Shown here: piece by piece, positions 1-12,800 of the stretch
Layout: every line of letters starts with the position of its first letter
Position numbering within the stretch: the first letter of the stretch is position 1
DNA from: Macrostomum lignano
Lineage: Eukaryota
Length of the DNA: 64,000 nucleotides
Assembly (NCBI GenBank): GCA_002269645.1
Contig: NIVC01000374.1
Coordinates: forward strand, 536,067 to 600,066
Reading direction: 5' to 3'
The notes under the pieces: model-generated
Databases searched by the model: none
Told to the model about the DNA's origin: nothing
What the model saw: only the letters and a program-made list of their open reading frames with translations
Program-made: the position numbers and the translations under genes

Positions 1-2078
1 CGACTTCAAAGTTTGTACCCCAAAAGGGCCGTTTTTCAATTAACAGGTAAAAAGTACCTGTTAACAGGTATTTTTTCCAGAGTGTCTTGCGCCATTCGAA
101 CGGGCATCCGATGGGCTACAATTTGACACCACACTTGAAAAAATTCGCCCAGTAATAAAAATTTTTCTTTAACAACATATGCTTTTTTGGTCGAGTCCCC
201 CGGCCTCTTTTTTCCCCGGTTTCCGGGTCACTGCTCAGCACAGGTAGGTCCCAATGCTTAGAAAATTCAGGAAAACAAATTTCCAAATGTTTGACACGTC
301 GTGTTAAAGTCTCAACACCGTAGCATAAAACACTTTCTTATTTTTGGAGACTACTTTTTGAAAACGTGACCCAAATTTTCAAAAACACTGTTTTTGACTC
401 TTGTAGCCATATAGAGCAGCAATGAATGGCCCAATCAAGCAGATCTCAGCATTTCCGAATAAAAGACATCCATTTGAGTGATTTGGGTTGAAAAATTGAA
501 AAAATCAAGATTTGCATCTGTATAGGATAAGCCTCTTTAAAGTGCACAAACGGTTTGTACTTTTAAAGTGCAGATAGGCAGCCATGTCAAAAGTACATTT
601 TAGCCCAAAATATTATAGCGCATCTAAAAGCCCCAGGTGTTGTTGACATTAGGCAGCAGCTCAAAAGCCGCGCTATTGCGCGTCCTTTTCGCTGCAGTAC
701 GGGCAAGGTTGAAAAACGTGTACAAAAAATTGACCGAAAAATTGCATTTTTAAAAATCAGATGCAGTTTGCTCAAAAATACGAATTTTCCAGCCATATTG
801 GCGTATGACCGGTGAAACTTTAGCTATTCGACTAAACAATATTGAAAATGCAGAAAAATCGGTGCGCAAAATTTCTTATTTTTCCACTCCAAAGTTTGTA
901 CCCCAAAATGGGCCGTTTTTCAATTAACAGGTAAAAAGTACCTGTTAACAGGGGTTTTTTCCACAGTGTCGTACGTCGTTCAAACGGGCTTCCGATAGGC
1001 TACAATCTGACACTACACTCGAAAAAATTCGCCCCATTTTAAAAAATTTTTCTTAACAACGTCTGATTTTCTGCAGAGCCCCCGGCCTCTTTTTTCCCTG
1101 GTTTCCGGGTCACTGCTCCGCACAGGTAGGTCCAAATGCTTAGAAAATTCAGGAAAACAAATTTCCATATGTTTGACACGTTGTGTTAAAGTCTCAACAC
1201 CGTAACATAAAACACTTTCTTATTTTTTGGGACTACTTTTTAAAAACGTGACCCAATTTTTCGAAAATGTCGTTTTTAGGCACTCTTTGGCACCTGGGCA
1301 GGTTATTGATGGCCCAATCGGCCAAATCTCGATGTTTCCGATTAAAAGACATCCATTTGAGTTATTTGGTATACAAAACAGCAAAAATAAAGTTTTCCAT
1401 CTCGACGCCATAGGCCTCACAAAAGTGCACTAAAAATTTGTACTTTTAAACAGCAGATAGGCAGCCATGTGAAAAGTACCTTTTAGCCCGAAAAAATATA
1501 GCGCATCAAACAGCCTTAAGTGTTTTTAAGGCTAGGAGGCAGCTCAAAGGCCGCGCTATCGCGCGTCCTTTTCGCTGCGGTGAGGCAAAGTTGAAAAAAA
1601 TGCCGATTTTTCGACCTCAAAAAACACGTTTTTTGTACTTTTAGCCTAAAAGTTAAAGTGCAATCAAAAAATCCATTTCGGATCATTGTAGCGTTTGAAT
1701 GCCCGCGTCTTTTGAGCACACTCACTAAGCGCTGCCATAATTTCCTGCCGCTGTAATTGAGATCAAATTTTTTGACAATGTTGAAAAAACGCAGTTTTTG
1801 GTTGCCATGGCAACCAAAACGCGTTGCCATGGCAACCAACTATTGTGCATCCGATAGCGCTAGGTCTTTGACACATTTTGGCAAAAACCGTTTGTAAATT
1901 GGTCGTACCGTTTTTTATTGGCAGCATTTCAAAGTTGAAAAACGTCATTTTAGTGTATGACATATGGCGCACATCTTATCAGGGACGATTTCGCAAAAGT
2001 AAGCACCATAGAAAAAAATTCTCGCTTCGCTCGCCTTTTTTTCTATACTACTTACTGGCTCATCGTCCCACAACTAGT
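1..2078 (-). mobile_element. Non-autonomous Helentron/Helitron2-like unit, type A (truncated by window start)
   Basis: Right boundary has the same terminus as the other units: CTCGCTTCGCTCGCC...CATCGTCCCAC-AACTAGT (subTIR 2061-2071, CTAG 2074-2077). Shares diagnostic variants with 6051-9844 (ORF-track duplicates 587/8351 and 1763/9528, offset about 7765). No coding capacity. Confidence 0.65.
1796..1836. promoter_or_regulatory. Paired RFX X-box palindromes (GTTGCCATGGCAAC x2); homologous pairs at 5773-5808, 9566-9601 and 12827-12862
   Basis: Perfect 24-bp palindrome TTTTGGTTGCCATGGCAACCAAAA (1796-1819) and a second GTTGCCATGGCAAC at 1823-1836. GTTGCCATGGCAAC is the established palindromic RFX consensus. 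Function here is untested. Confidence 0.5.
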
Positions 2079-2156
2079 GAATGAAGACGCTGTCGTCTTC
2101 AAAGGTGGGACGATGGGTATATATTGTGTTTTTATCCTTTTATGGCTATGACATAT

Positions 2157-3745
2157 GCCCCTGGCATTAGTTAGTCTAGTGGTCTAGTGGGGGGCTGGCC
2201 GCCCCCACGCCCCTGGCATTAGTTAGTCTAGTGGTATAGTGGGGGGCTAGCCGCCCCCCACGCCCCTGGCATTAGTTAGTCTAGTGGTATAGTGGGGGCT
2301 GGCCGCCCCCCACGCTCCTGGCATTAGTTAGTCTAGTGGTATAGTGGGGGGCTGGCCGCCACCCACGCCCCTGGCATTAGTTAGTCTAGTGGTATAGTGG
2401 GGGCTTGCCGCCCCCACGCCCCTGGCATTAGTTAGTCTAGTGGTATAGTGGGGGCTGGCCGCCCCCACGCCCCTGGCATTAGTTTTTCTAGTGGTACGCT
2501 AGTATAGTGGGGGCTTGCCGCCCCCACGCCCCTGGCATTAGTTAGTCTAGTGGTATAGTGGGGGGGGCTGGCCGCCCCCACGCCCCTGGCATTAGTTAGT
2601 CTAGTGGTATAGTGGGGGCTAGCCGCCCCCACGCCCCGGGCATTAGTTAGTCTAGTGGTATAGTGGGGGCTGGCCGCCCCCACGCCCCTGGCATTAGTTA
2701 GTCTAGTGGTATAGTGGGGGCTTTCCGCCCCCACGCCCCTGGCATTAGTTAGTCTAGTGGTATAGTGGGGGCTGGCCGCCCCCACGCCCCTGGCATTAGT
2801 TAGTCTAGTGGTATAGTGGGGGCTAGCCGCCCCCACGCCCCTGGCATTAGTTCTTCTAGTGGTACGCTCGTATAGTGGGGGGCTTGCCGCCCCCCACGCC
2901 CCTGGCATTAGTTAGTCTAGTGGTATAGTGGGGGCTGGCCGCCCCCACGCCCCTGGCATTAGTTAGTCTAGTGGTGTAGTGGGGGGCTGGCCACCCCCAC
3001 GCCCCTGGCATTAGTTAGTCTAGTGGTAGCGTGGGGGGCTTGCCGCCCCCCACGCCCCTGGCATTAGTTAGTCTAGTGGTATAGTGGGGGCTGGCCGCCC
3101 CCCACGCCCCTGGCATTAGTTAGTCTAGTGGTATAGTGGGGGGCTGGCCGCCCCCCACGCCCCTGGCATTAGTTAGTCTAGTGGTATAGTGGGGGGCTTG
3201 CTGCCCCCCACGCCCCTGGCATTAGTTAGTCTAGTGGTATAGTGGGGGGCTTGCCGCCCCCCACGCCCCTGGCATTAGTTAGTCTAGTGGTATAGTGGGG
3301 GGCTGGCCGCCCCCCACGCCCCTGGCATTAGTTTTTCTAGTGGTACGCTCGTATAGTAGGGGGCTGGCCGCCCCCCACGCCCCTGGCATTAGTTTTCTAG
3401 TGGTACACTCGTATAGTGGGGGCTTGCCGCCCCCACGCCCCTGGCATTAGTTAGTCTAGTGGTATAGTGGGGGCTGGCCGCCCCCACGCCCCTGGCATTA
3501 GTTAGTCTAGTGGTATAGTGGGGGCTGGCCGCCCCCCACGCCCCTGGCATTAGTTAGTCTAGTGGTATAGTGGGGGCTGGCCGCCCCCCACGCCCCTGGC
3601 ATTAGTTAGTCTAGTGGTATAGTGGGGGCTGGCCGCCCCACACCCCTGGCATTAGTTTGTCTAGTGGTATAGTGGGGAGTTGGCCGCCCCACGCCCCTGG
3701 CATTAGTTTGTCTAGTGGTATAGTGGAAGGCTGGCCGCCCCACAC
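2157..3745. repeat. ~51-53-bp GC-rich tandem repeat, about 30 copies
   Basis: Monomer GCCCCTGGCATTAGTTAGTCTAGTGGTATAGTGGGGGCTGGCCGCCCCCAC, with an internal hairpin GTGGGGGC..GCCCCCAC. Confidence 0.95.
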
Positions 3746-3950
3746 CCCCGCTCCCCACCCCTCCGCGCGTTGTTGTTGTGGAGGGTGGTTGTTGTTGTGG
3801 GGTTTGCGTAACGTGGGGGCTGCCGCCCCCACACCCCGCTCCCCCACCCCTCCCGCGCGTTGTTGTTGGGGAGGGTGGTTGTTGTTGTGGGGTTTGCGTA
3901 ACGTGGGGGCTGCCGCCCCCACACCCCCGCTCCCCCACCCCACCCCTCCG
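3741..3950. repeat. ~91-bp tandem repeat (about 2 copies)
   Basis: CACACCCCCGCTCCCCCACCCCTCCCGCGCGTTGTTGTTGGGGAGGGTGG...CGTAACGTGGGGGCTGCCGCCCC. Confidence 0.9.
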
Positions 3951-6050
3951 CAACTTTTCCCACCTCTAACACATCTTTTTAGCATGCTAAAACTGCTTGT
4001 AAGCCTTTGGCGACCGCGCAACACATCATACTTGCCGATATGTATCGTAATATTCTTTCTGCACTAACAAATCATCTGTGCCGCACTTTCAGCTTCACTC
4101 TTACTCTTTAATAAGGTATAGAAGGAAAGGAAAATTAAACAATCAATATTAAATTATATTCAAGTGAAAGAGAATTGAAAATACTAATAAATCCGTTCCT
4201 GCTAAAAAAATTAAATATAAAAAAAACTTGGCCCACTTGGGATTCGAACCCGTGTTTAACCCATTAACGAAGCAACTGCCTTCGGCCCCGAAGCATCTCT
4301 TGCTTAAGCGATGCTCTACAGTGCACGCCCTTTATATCGAATATTCCCTATGGTAGCCACTTTTACGATTTTTGCTGCTTTTTCATACATTTCTGCTCGC
4401 TGCATCGCAGCGCCTTCATCTAAAAATGCGAGTCGCATGTCGTTACAGAGATAACATCAAGGCGCATTCATCTAATGCATTTTTAAAGTATGTCAACAAA
4501 TTTTACGCCTCCTAGGCGCCAAATTGTGCATTTTCACCTGTTCTGACAGGTATTCAAACAGGTATTAAGACCTATTAACTTAAGAATCAGTTTTCAAAAC
4601 TTATTTAGTTGCACAGTGCATCCATAGTGCTGTTTTTAGACACCAAACTTGAGTCTCTAGGCCTTGCCAATGCAGAGTTATTAGCAAAAGTATGCTCAAA
4701 ATTTGCCCAAAAATAGCCTTCTCAAAATTCAGAGCCAAATTTCTCAAAAATACGAATTTTCCAGCCATATTGGCGTATGACCGGTGTAACTTCAGCTATT
4801 CGACTAAACAATATTGAAAATGCAGAAAAATCGGTGCGCAAAAATTCTTATTTTTCGACTTCAAAGTTTGTACCCCCGAATGGGCCGTTTTTCACTTAAC
4901 AGGTAAAAAGTACCTGTTAACAGGGGTTTTTTCCACAGTGTCTTATGTCATTCAAAAGGGCATCCGATAGGCTACAATTTGACGCCATACTCGAAAAACT
5001 TTGCCCCATTTTAAAAAAATTTCCTTAACAACGTCTGATTTTCTGCAGTGCCCCCGGCCTCTTTTTTCCCTGGTTTCCGGGTCACTGCTCAGCACAGGTA
5101 GGTCCAAATGCTTAGAAAATTTAGGAAAACAAATTTCCATATGTTTGACACGTCGTGTTAAAGTCTCAACACTGTAGCATAAAACACTTTTTCAAGTTTG
5201 AGGACTACTTTTTTAAAACGTGACCCAATTTTTCGAAAATGTCGTTTTTAGGCACTCTTTGGCACCTGGGCAGGTTATTGATGGCCCAATCAGCCAAATC
5301 TCGATGTTTCCGAATAGAAGACATCCATTTGAGTAATTTGGTGTAGAAATATTAAAAAATAAACTTTTCCATCTCGACGAGATAGGCCTCACAAAAGTGC
5401 ACTAAAAATTTGTACTTTTAAAGTGCAGATAGGCAGCCATGTGAAAAGTACATTTTAGCCCTAAAAACTATAGCGCATCAAACAGCCCCAGGTGTTATTG
5501 ACACTATGAGGCAGCTCAAAGGCCGCGCTATCGCGCGTCCTTTTCGCTGCGGTGAGGCAAAGTTGGAAAAAATGCCAATTTTTCGACCTCAAAAAACACG
5601 TTTTTTGTACTTTTACCTGTGAAGTGAAAGTACAATCAAAAAATCCATTTCTGATCATTGTAGCGTTTGAATGCCCGCGTTTACTGAGCCCACTCGCTAA
5701 GCGCTGCCATATTCTCAATCCTTATTTTTTGAGATCAAAGTTTTTGACAAAGTCGAAAAAACGCAGTTTTTGGTTGCCATGGCAACCAAAACGCGTTGCC
5801 ATAGCAACCAACTATTGTGCATCCGATAGCGCTAGGTCTTTGACACATTTTGGCAAAAACAGTTTGTAAATCGGTCGTACCGTTTTTTATGCGCAGCGTT
5901 TCAAAGTTGAAAAACGTCATTTTTAGTGTGTGCAACCACGTTACATCTTATCAGGGACGATTTCGCAAAAGTAAGCAGCATAGAAAAAAATTCTCGCTTC
6001 GCTCGCCTTTTTTTCTATACTACTTACTGGCTCATCGTCCCACAACTAGT

Positions 6051-9000
6051 GAATGAAGACGCTGTCGTCTTCAAAGGTGGGACGATGGTTTATATATTGT
6101 TCGTAACTTTTATGGCCTATTTTAAATTTAAAAAAAAAACTAAGAAGCTTAGTTGATTATAATTTAATTTAAACAAAGTTTAAGCATAACTATTTAAAAA
6201 AATTAATAAAAATACTTATGATGGTTTATTATGTCCATTATTGTTTATGGCTATGACCTATTTATTTAACCCAAATTAAGAACTAATTAAAACGCTATAT
6301 CGTGTTTTTATATTTTACGGCTATACCGCATTTTCAATTTGATTTAAACAAAGTTTATACATAACTGTGGAAATATAATAATAAAAAATATTTTATTAGA
6401 TTACAAGAATATCCACTCTGCTGTTGTGTAGAAAGGGTTGTTAAGGCGGTTTTGTTGTTTGTTGGTTGTAAAAGGGGTTGTTGTTGTTGGGGTTTTTGTT
6501 GTTGTTGGGGTTGTTGTTGTTGTTGTTGGGGGGTGGTTGTTGTTGGGGGGTTTGCGTAACGTGGGGGCTGCCGCCCCCACACCCCCGCTCCCCCACCCCT
6601 CCCGCGCGTTGTTGTTGGGGGTTTGCGTAACGTGGGGGCTCCGCCCCCACACCCCCGCTCCCCCACCCCTCCCGCGCGTTGTTGTTGGGGAGGGTGGTTG
6701 TTGTTGTGGGGTTTGCGTATCGTGGGGGCTGCCGCCCCACACCCCCGCTCCCCCACCCCTCCCGCGCGTTGTTGTTGGGGAGGGTGGTTGTTGTTGGGGG
6801 TTTGCGTATTGTGGGGGCTGCCGCCCCCACACCCCGCTCCCCCACCTAACCCCTCCGCAAATTTTCCCACCTCTAACACATCTTTTTAGCACGCTAAAAC
6901 TGCTTGTAAGCCTTCTGGCGACCACGCAACACATACTTGCCGATATGTATCGTAATACTCTTTCTGCACTAACAAATCATCTGTGCCGCACTTTCAGCTT
7001 CACTCTTACTCTTTAATAAGGTATACAAGGAAAGGAAAATTAAACAATTAATATTAAATTATATTCAAGTGAAAGAGAATTGAAAATACTAATAAATCCG
7101 TTCCTGCTAAAAAAATTAAATATAAAAAAACCTGGCCCACTTGGGATTCGAACCCGTGTTTAGGCCATTTACAAAGCAATTGCCTTCGGCCCCGATCCAT
7201 CTCTCGCTTAAGCGAAGCTCTACAGTGCACGCGCTTTATATCGAATATTCCGTATGTATGGTAGCCACTTATACGATTTTTGCTGCTTTTTCATACATTT
7301 CTGCTCGCTGCATCGCAACGCCTTAACCTAAAAATACGAGTCGCATGTCGTTACAATCAAAACATCAAGGCGCATTAATCCAATGCATTTTCAAACTATG
7401 TCAACAAATTTTTTCGGCTGCTAGGCGCCAAATTATGAATTTTTACCTGTTCTGACAGGTATTCAAACAGGTATTAAGACCTGTTAACCTAAGAATCAGT
7501 TTTCAAAACTTATTTAGTTGCATAGTGCATCCATAATGCTGTTTTTAGACACCAAACTTGAGTCTCTAGGTCTCGCCAATGCAGAGTTATTAGCAAAAGT
7601 ATGCTCAAAATTTGCCCAAAAATGGCCTACTCAAAATTCGGAGCCAATTTTCTCAAAAATACGAATTTTCCAGCCATATTGGCGTATGACCGGTGAAACT
7701 TCAGCTATTCGACTAAACAATATTGAAAATGCAGAAAAATCGGTGCGCAAAATTTCTTATTTTTCGACTTCAAAGTTTGTACCCCAAATGGGCCGTTTTT
7801 CACTTAACAGGTAAAAAGTACCTGTTAACAGGTATTTTTTCCAGAGTGTCTTGCGCCATTCGAACGGGCATCCGATGGGCTACAATTTGACACCACACTC
7901 GAAAAAATTCGCCCAGTAATAAAAATTTTTCTTTAACAACATATGGTTTTTTGGTCGAGTCCCCCGGCCTCTTTTTTCCCCGGTTTCCGGGTCACTGCTC
8001 CGCACCGGTAGGTCCAAATGCTTAGAAAATTTAGGAAAACAAATTTCCATATGTTTGACACGTTTTGTTAAAATCTCAACACCGTAGCTTAAAACACTTT
8101 CTTATTTTTGGAGACTACTTTTTGAAAACGTGACCCAAATTTTCAAAAACACTGTTTTTGACCCTTGTAGCCATATAGAGCAGCAATGAATGGCCCAATC
8201 AAGCAGATCTCAGCATTTCCGAATAAAAGACATCCATTTGAGTGATTTGGGTTGAAAAATTGAAAAAATCAAGATTTGCATCTGTATAGGATAAGCCTCT
8301 TTAAAGTGCACAAACGGTTTGTACTTTTAAAGTGCAGATAGGTAGCCATGTCAAAAGTACATTTTAGCCCAAAAAAGTATAGCGCATCTAAAAGCCCCAG
8401 GTGTTGTTGACATTAGGCAGCAGCTCAAAAGCCGCGCTATTGCGCGTCCTTTTCGCTGCAGTACGGGCAAGGTTGAAAAACATGTACAAAAAATTGGCCG
8501 AAAAATTGCATTTTTAAAAATCAGATGCAGTTTGCTCAAAAATACGAATTTTCCAGCCATATTGGCGTATGACCGGTGAAACTTTAGCTATTCGACTAAA
8601 CAATATTGAAAATGCAGAAAAATCGGTGCGCAAAATTTCTTATTTTTCCACTCCAAAGTTTGTACCCCCAAATGGGCCGTTTTTCACTTAACAGGTAAAA
8701 AGTACCTGTTAACAGGGGTTTTTTCAGGAGTGTCTTATGTCATTCAAAAGGGCATCCGATGGGCTACAATTTGACACTACACTCGAAAAAATTCGCCCCA
8801 TTTTAAAAAAATTTCCTTAACAACGTTTGATTTTCTGCAGAGCCCCCGGCCTCTTTTTTCCCTGGTTTCCGGGTCACTGCTCAGCACAGGTAGGTCCAAA
8901 TGCTTAGAAAATTTGGGAAAACAAATTTCCAAATGTTTGACACGTTGTGTTAAAGTCTCAACACCGTAGCATAAAACACTTTCTTATTTTTTGGGACTAC

Positions 9001-9844
9001 TTTTTAAAAACGTGACCCAATTTTTCGAAAATGTCGTTTTTAGGCACTCTTTGGCACCTGGGCAGGTTTATTGATGGCCCAATCAGCCAGATCTCAATGT
9101 TTCCGAATAGAAGACATCCATTTGAGTAATTTGGTGTAGAAATATTAAAAAATAAAGTTTTCCATCTCGACGCCATAGGCCTCACAAAAGTGCACTAAAA
9201 ATTTGTACTTTTAAAGTGCAGATGGGCAGCCATGAGAAAAGTACATTTTAGCCAAAAAAACTACAGCGCATTAGACAGCTCAAAGTGTTGTCAACGCTAG
9301 GAGACAGCTCAAAGGCCGCGCGAAAGCGCGTCCTTTTCGCTGCGGTGAGGCAAAGTTGAAAAAAATGCCAATTTTTCGACCTCAAAAAACACGTTTTTTG
9401 TACTTTTACCTGTAAAGTGAAAGTACAATCAAAAAATCCATTTCGGATCATTGTAGCGTTCGAATGCCCGCGTCTTTTGAGCACACTCACTAAGCGCTGC
9501 CATAATTTCCTGCCGCTGTAATTGAGATCAAATTTTTTGACAATGTTGAAAAAACGCAGTTTTTGGTTGCCATGGCAACCAAAACGCATTGCCATGGCAA
9601 CCAAACCCTGCGGCTCTGATAGCCCTAAGTCTTTGACGCATTTTGGCAAAAACCGTTTGTAAATCGGTCGCACCGTTTTTTATTGGCAGCGTTTCAAAGT
9701 TGAAAAACGTCATTTTAGTGTATGACATATGGCGCACATCTTATCAGGGACGATTTCGCAAAAGTAAGCACCATAGAAAAAAATTCTCGCTTCGCTCGCC
9801 TTTTTTTCTATGCCACTTACTGGCTCCATCGTCCCACAACTAGT
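6051..9844 (-). mobile_element. Non-autonomous Helentron/Helitron2-like unit, type A, with two copies of a ~880-bp internal block
   Basis: Same termini (CTAG at 6046-6049 and 9840-9843). AAAAATACGAATTTTCCAGCC block marker at about 7660 and 8540. 3794 bp. Confidence 0.7.
6530..6850. repeat. ~91-bp tandem repeat (about 4 copies, one shortened)
   Basis: Same monomer as 3741-3950, preceded by (GTT)n-rich sequence. Confidence 0.9.
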
Positions 9845-12800
9845 GAATGAAGACGCTGTCGTCTTCAAAGGTGGGACGATGGTTTATATATTGTTTGTAA
9901 CTTTTATGGCCTAATTTTAAATTTAAAAAAAACTAAGAAGCTTAGTTGATTATAATTTAATTTAAACAAAGTTTAAGCATAACTGTTTAAAAAATTAATA
10001 AAAATACTTATGATGGTTTATTATGTCCATTATTGTTTATGGCTTAATATAAATTTTAAAAAAAACTAAGAAGCTTAGTTGATTATAATTTAATTTAAAC
10101 AAAGTTTAAGCATAACTATTTAAAAAAATTAATAAAAATACTTATGATGGTTTATTATGTCCATTATTGTTTATGGCTATGACCTATTTATTTAACCCAA
10201 ATTAAGAACTAATTAAAACGCTATATCGTGTTTTTATATTTTACGGCTATGACGTATGAAGAACTAAATAGCTTAATGGGCTACATTTTCAATTTGATTT
10301 AAACAAAGTTTATACATAACTGTGGAAATATAATAATAAAAAATATTTTATTAGATTACAAGAATATCCACTCTGCTGTTGTGTAGAAAGGGTTGTTAAG
10401 GCGGTTGTTGTTGTTTGTTGGTTGTAAAAGGGGTTGTTGTTGTTGGGGTTTTTGTTGTTGTTGGGGTTGTTGTTGTTGTTGTTGGGGGGGTGGTTGTTGT
10501 TGGGGGGTTTGCGTAACGTGGGGGCTGCCGCCCCCACACCCCCGCTCCCCCACCCCTCCCGCGCGTTGTTGTTGGGGAGGGTGGTTGTTGTTGGGGGGTT
10601 TGCGTAACGTGGGGGCTGCCGCCCCCACACCCCCGCTCCCCCACCCCTCCCGCGCGTTGTTGTTGGGGAGGGTGGTTGTTGTTGTGGGGTTTGCGTAACG
10701 TGGAGGCTGCCGCCCCCACACCCCCGCTCCCCCACCCCTCCCGCGCGTTGTTGTTGGGGAGGGTGGTTGTTGTTGTGGGTTTGCGTAACGTGGGGGCTGC
10801 CGCCCCCACACCCCCGCTCCCCCACCCCTCCCGCGCGTTGTTGTTGGGGAGGGTGGTTGTTGTTGTGGGGTTTGCGTAACGTGGGGGCTGCCGCCCCCAC
10901 ACCCCCGCTCCCCCACCCCTCCCGCGCATTGTTGTTGGGGTGGGTGGTTGTTGTTGTGGGGTTTGCGTAACGTGGGGGCTGCCGCCCCCACACCCCCGCT
11001 CCCCACCCCACCCCTCCGCAACTTTTCCCACCTCTAACACATCTTTTTAGCATGCTAAAACTGCTTGTAAGCCTTTGGCGACCGCGCAACACATCATACT
11101 TGCCGATATGTATCGTAATATCCTTTCTGCACTAACAAATCATCTGTGCCGCACTTTCAGCTTCACTCTTACTCTTTAATAAGGTATACAAGGAAAGGAA
11201 AATTAAACAATCAATATTAAATTATATTGAAAATACTAATAAATCCGTTCCTGCTAAAAAAATTAAATATAGAAAAAACCTGGTCCACTTGGGATTCGAA
11301 CCTGGGTACATGTATTTTACAGAGCAACTGCCTTCGCCCCCGATCCATCTCTCGCTTAAGCAAAGCTCTACAGTGCACGCCGTTTATATCGAATATTCCC
11401 TATGGTAGCCACTTTTACGATTTTTGCTGCTTCTTCATACATTTCTGCTCACTGCATCGCAACGCCTTTACCTAAAAATACGAGTCGCATGTCGTTGCAG
11501 AGATAACATCAAGGCGCACTCATCCAATGCAATTTCAAACTATGTCAACAAATTTTTACGGCTGCTAGGCGCCACAATATGAATTTTCACCTGTTCTGAC
11601 AGGTATTCAAACACGTATTACCACCTTTTAACCAGCGAATCAGTTTTCAAAACTAATTTAGTTGCATAGTGCATCCATAGTGCTGTTTTTAGACACCAAA
11701 CTTGAGTCTCTAGGCCTTGCCAATGCAGAGTTATTACCAAAATTATGCTTAAAATTTGCCCAAAAATGGCCTTCTCAAAATTCGGAGGCAATTTTCTCGA
11801 AAATACGAATTTTCCAGCCATATTGGCGTATGACCGGTGTAACTTCAGCTATTCGACTAAACAATATTGAAAATGCAGAAAAATCGGTGCGCAAAAATTC
11901 TTATTTTTCGACTTCAAAGTTTGTACCCCCAAATGGGCCGTTTTTCACATAACAGGTAAAAAGTACCTGTTAACAGGGATTTTTTCAGGAGTGTCTTATG
12001 TCATTCAAAAGGGCATCCGATGGGTTACAATTTGACCCTACACTCGAAAAAGTTCGCCCCATTTTAAAAAAATTTCCTTAACAACGTCTGTTTTTTTGCA
12101 GTCCCCCCCGGCCCCTTTTTTCCCTGGTTTCCGGGTCACTGCTCAGCACAGGTAGGTCCAAATGCTTAGAAAATTCAGGAAAACAAATTTCCATATGTTT
12201 GACACGTCGTGTTAAAGTCTCAACACCGTAGCATAAAACACTTTTTCAAGTTTGAGGACTGCTTTTTTAAAACGTGACCCAATTTTTCGAAAACGACGTT
12301 TTTAGGCACTCTTTGGCACCTGGGCAGGTTATTGATGGCCCAATCGGCCAAATGTCGATGTTTCTGATTAAAAGACATCCAGTTGAGTGATTTGGTATGC
12401 AAAACAGCAAAAATAAAGTTTTCCATCTCGACGCCATAGGCCTCACAAAAGTGCACTAAAAATTTGTACTTTTAAACAGCAGATAGGCAGCCATGTGAAA
12501 AGTACATTTTAGCCGAAAAAAATTTAGCGCATCAAACAGCCTTAAGTGTTTTTAAGGCTAGGAGGCAGCTCAAAGGCCGCGCGAAAGCGCGTCCTTTTCG
12601 CTGCGGTAAGGCAAAGTTGAAAAAAATGCCAATTTTTCGACCTCAAAAAACACGTTTTTTGTACTTTTACCCTAAAAGTTAAAGTACAATCAAAAAATCC
12701 ATTTCTGATCATTGTAGCGTTTAAATGCCCGCGTTTACTGAGCCCACTCGCTAAGCGCTGCCATATTCTCAATCCTTATTTTTTGAGATCAAAGTTTTTG

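Larger units (their letters stand above)
2079..6050 (-). mobile_element. Non-autonomous Helentron/Helitron2-like unit, type B, with internal 51-bp and 91-bp satellites
   Basis: Left end has hairpin TGAAGACG-ctgt-CGTCTTCA (2082-2101) and subTIR GTGGGACGATG (2105-2115). Right end has the inverted subTIR CATCGTCCCAC (6033-6043) plus ACTAGT. 3972 bp. Confidence 0.7.
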
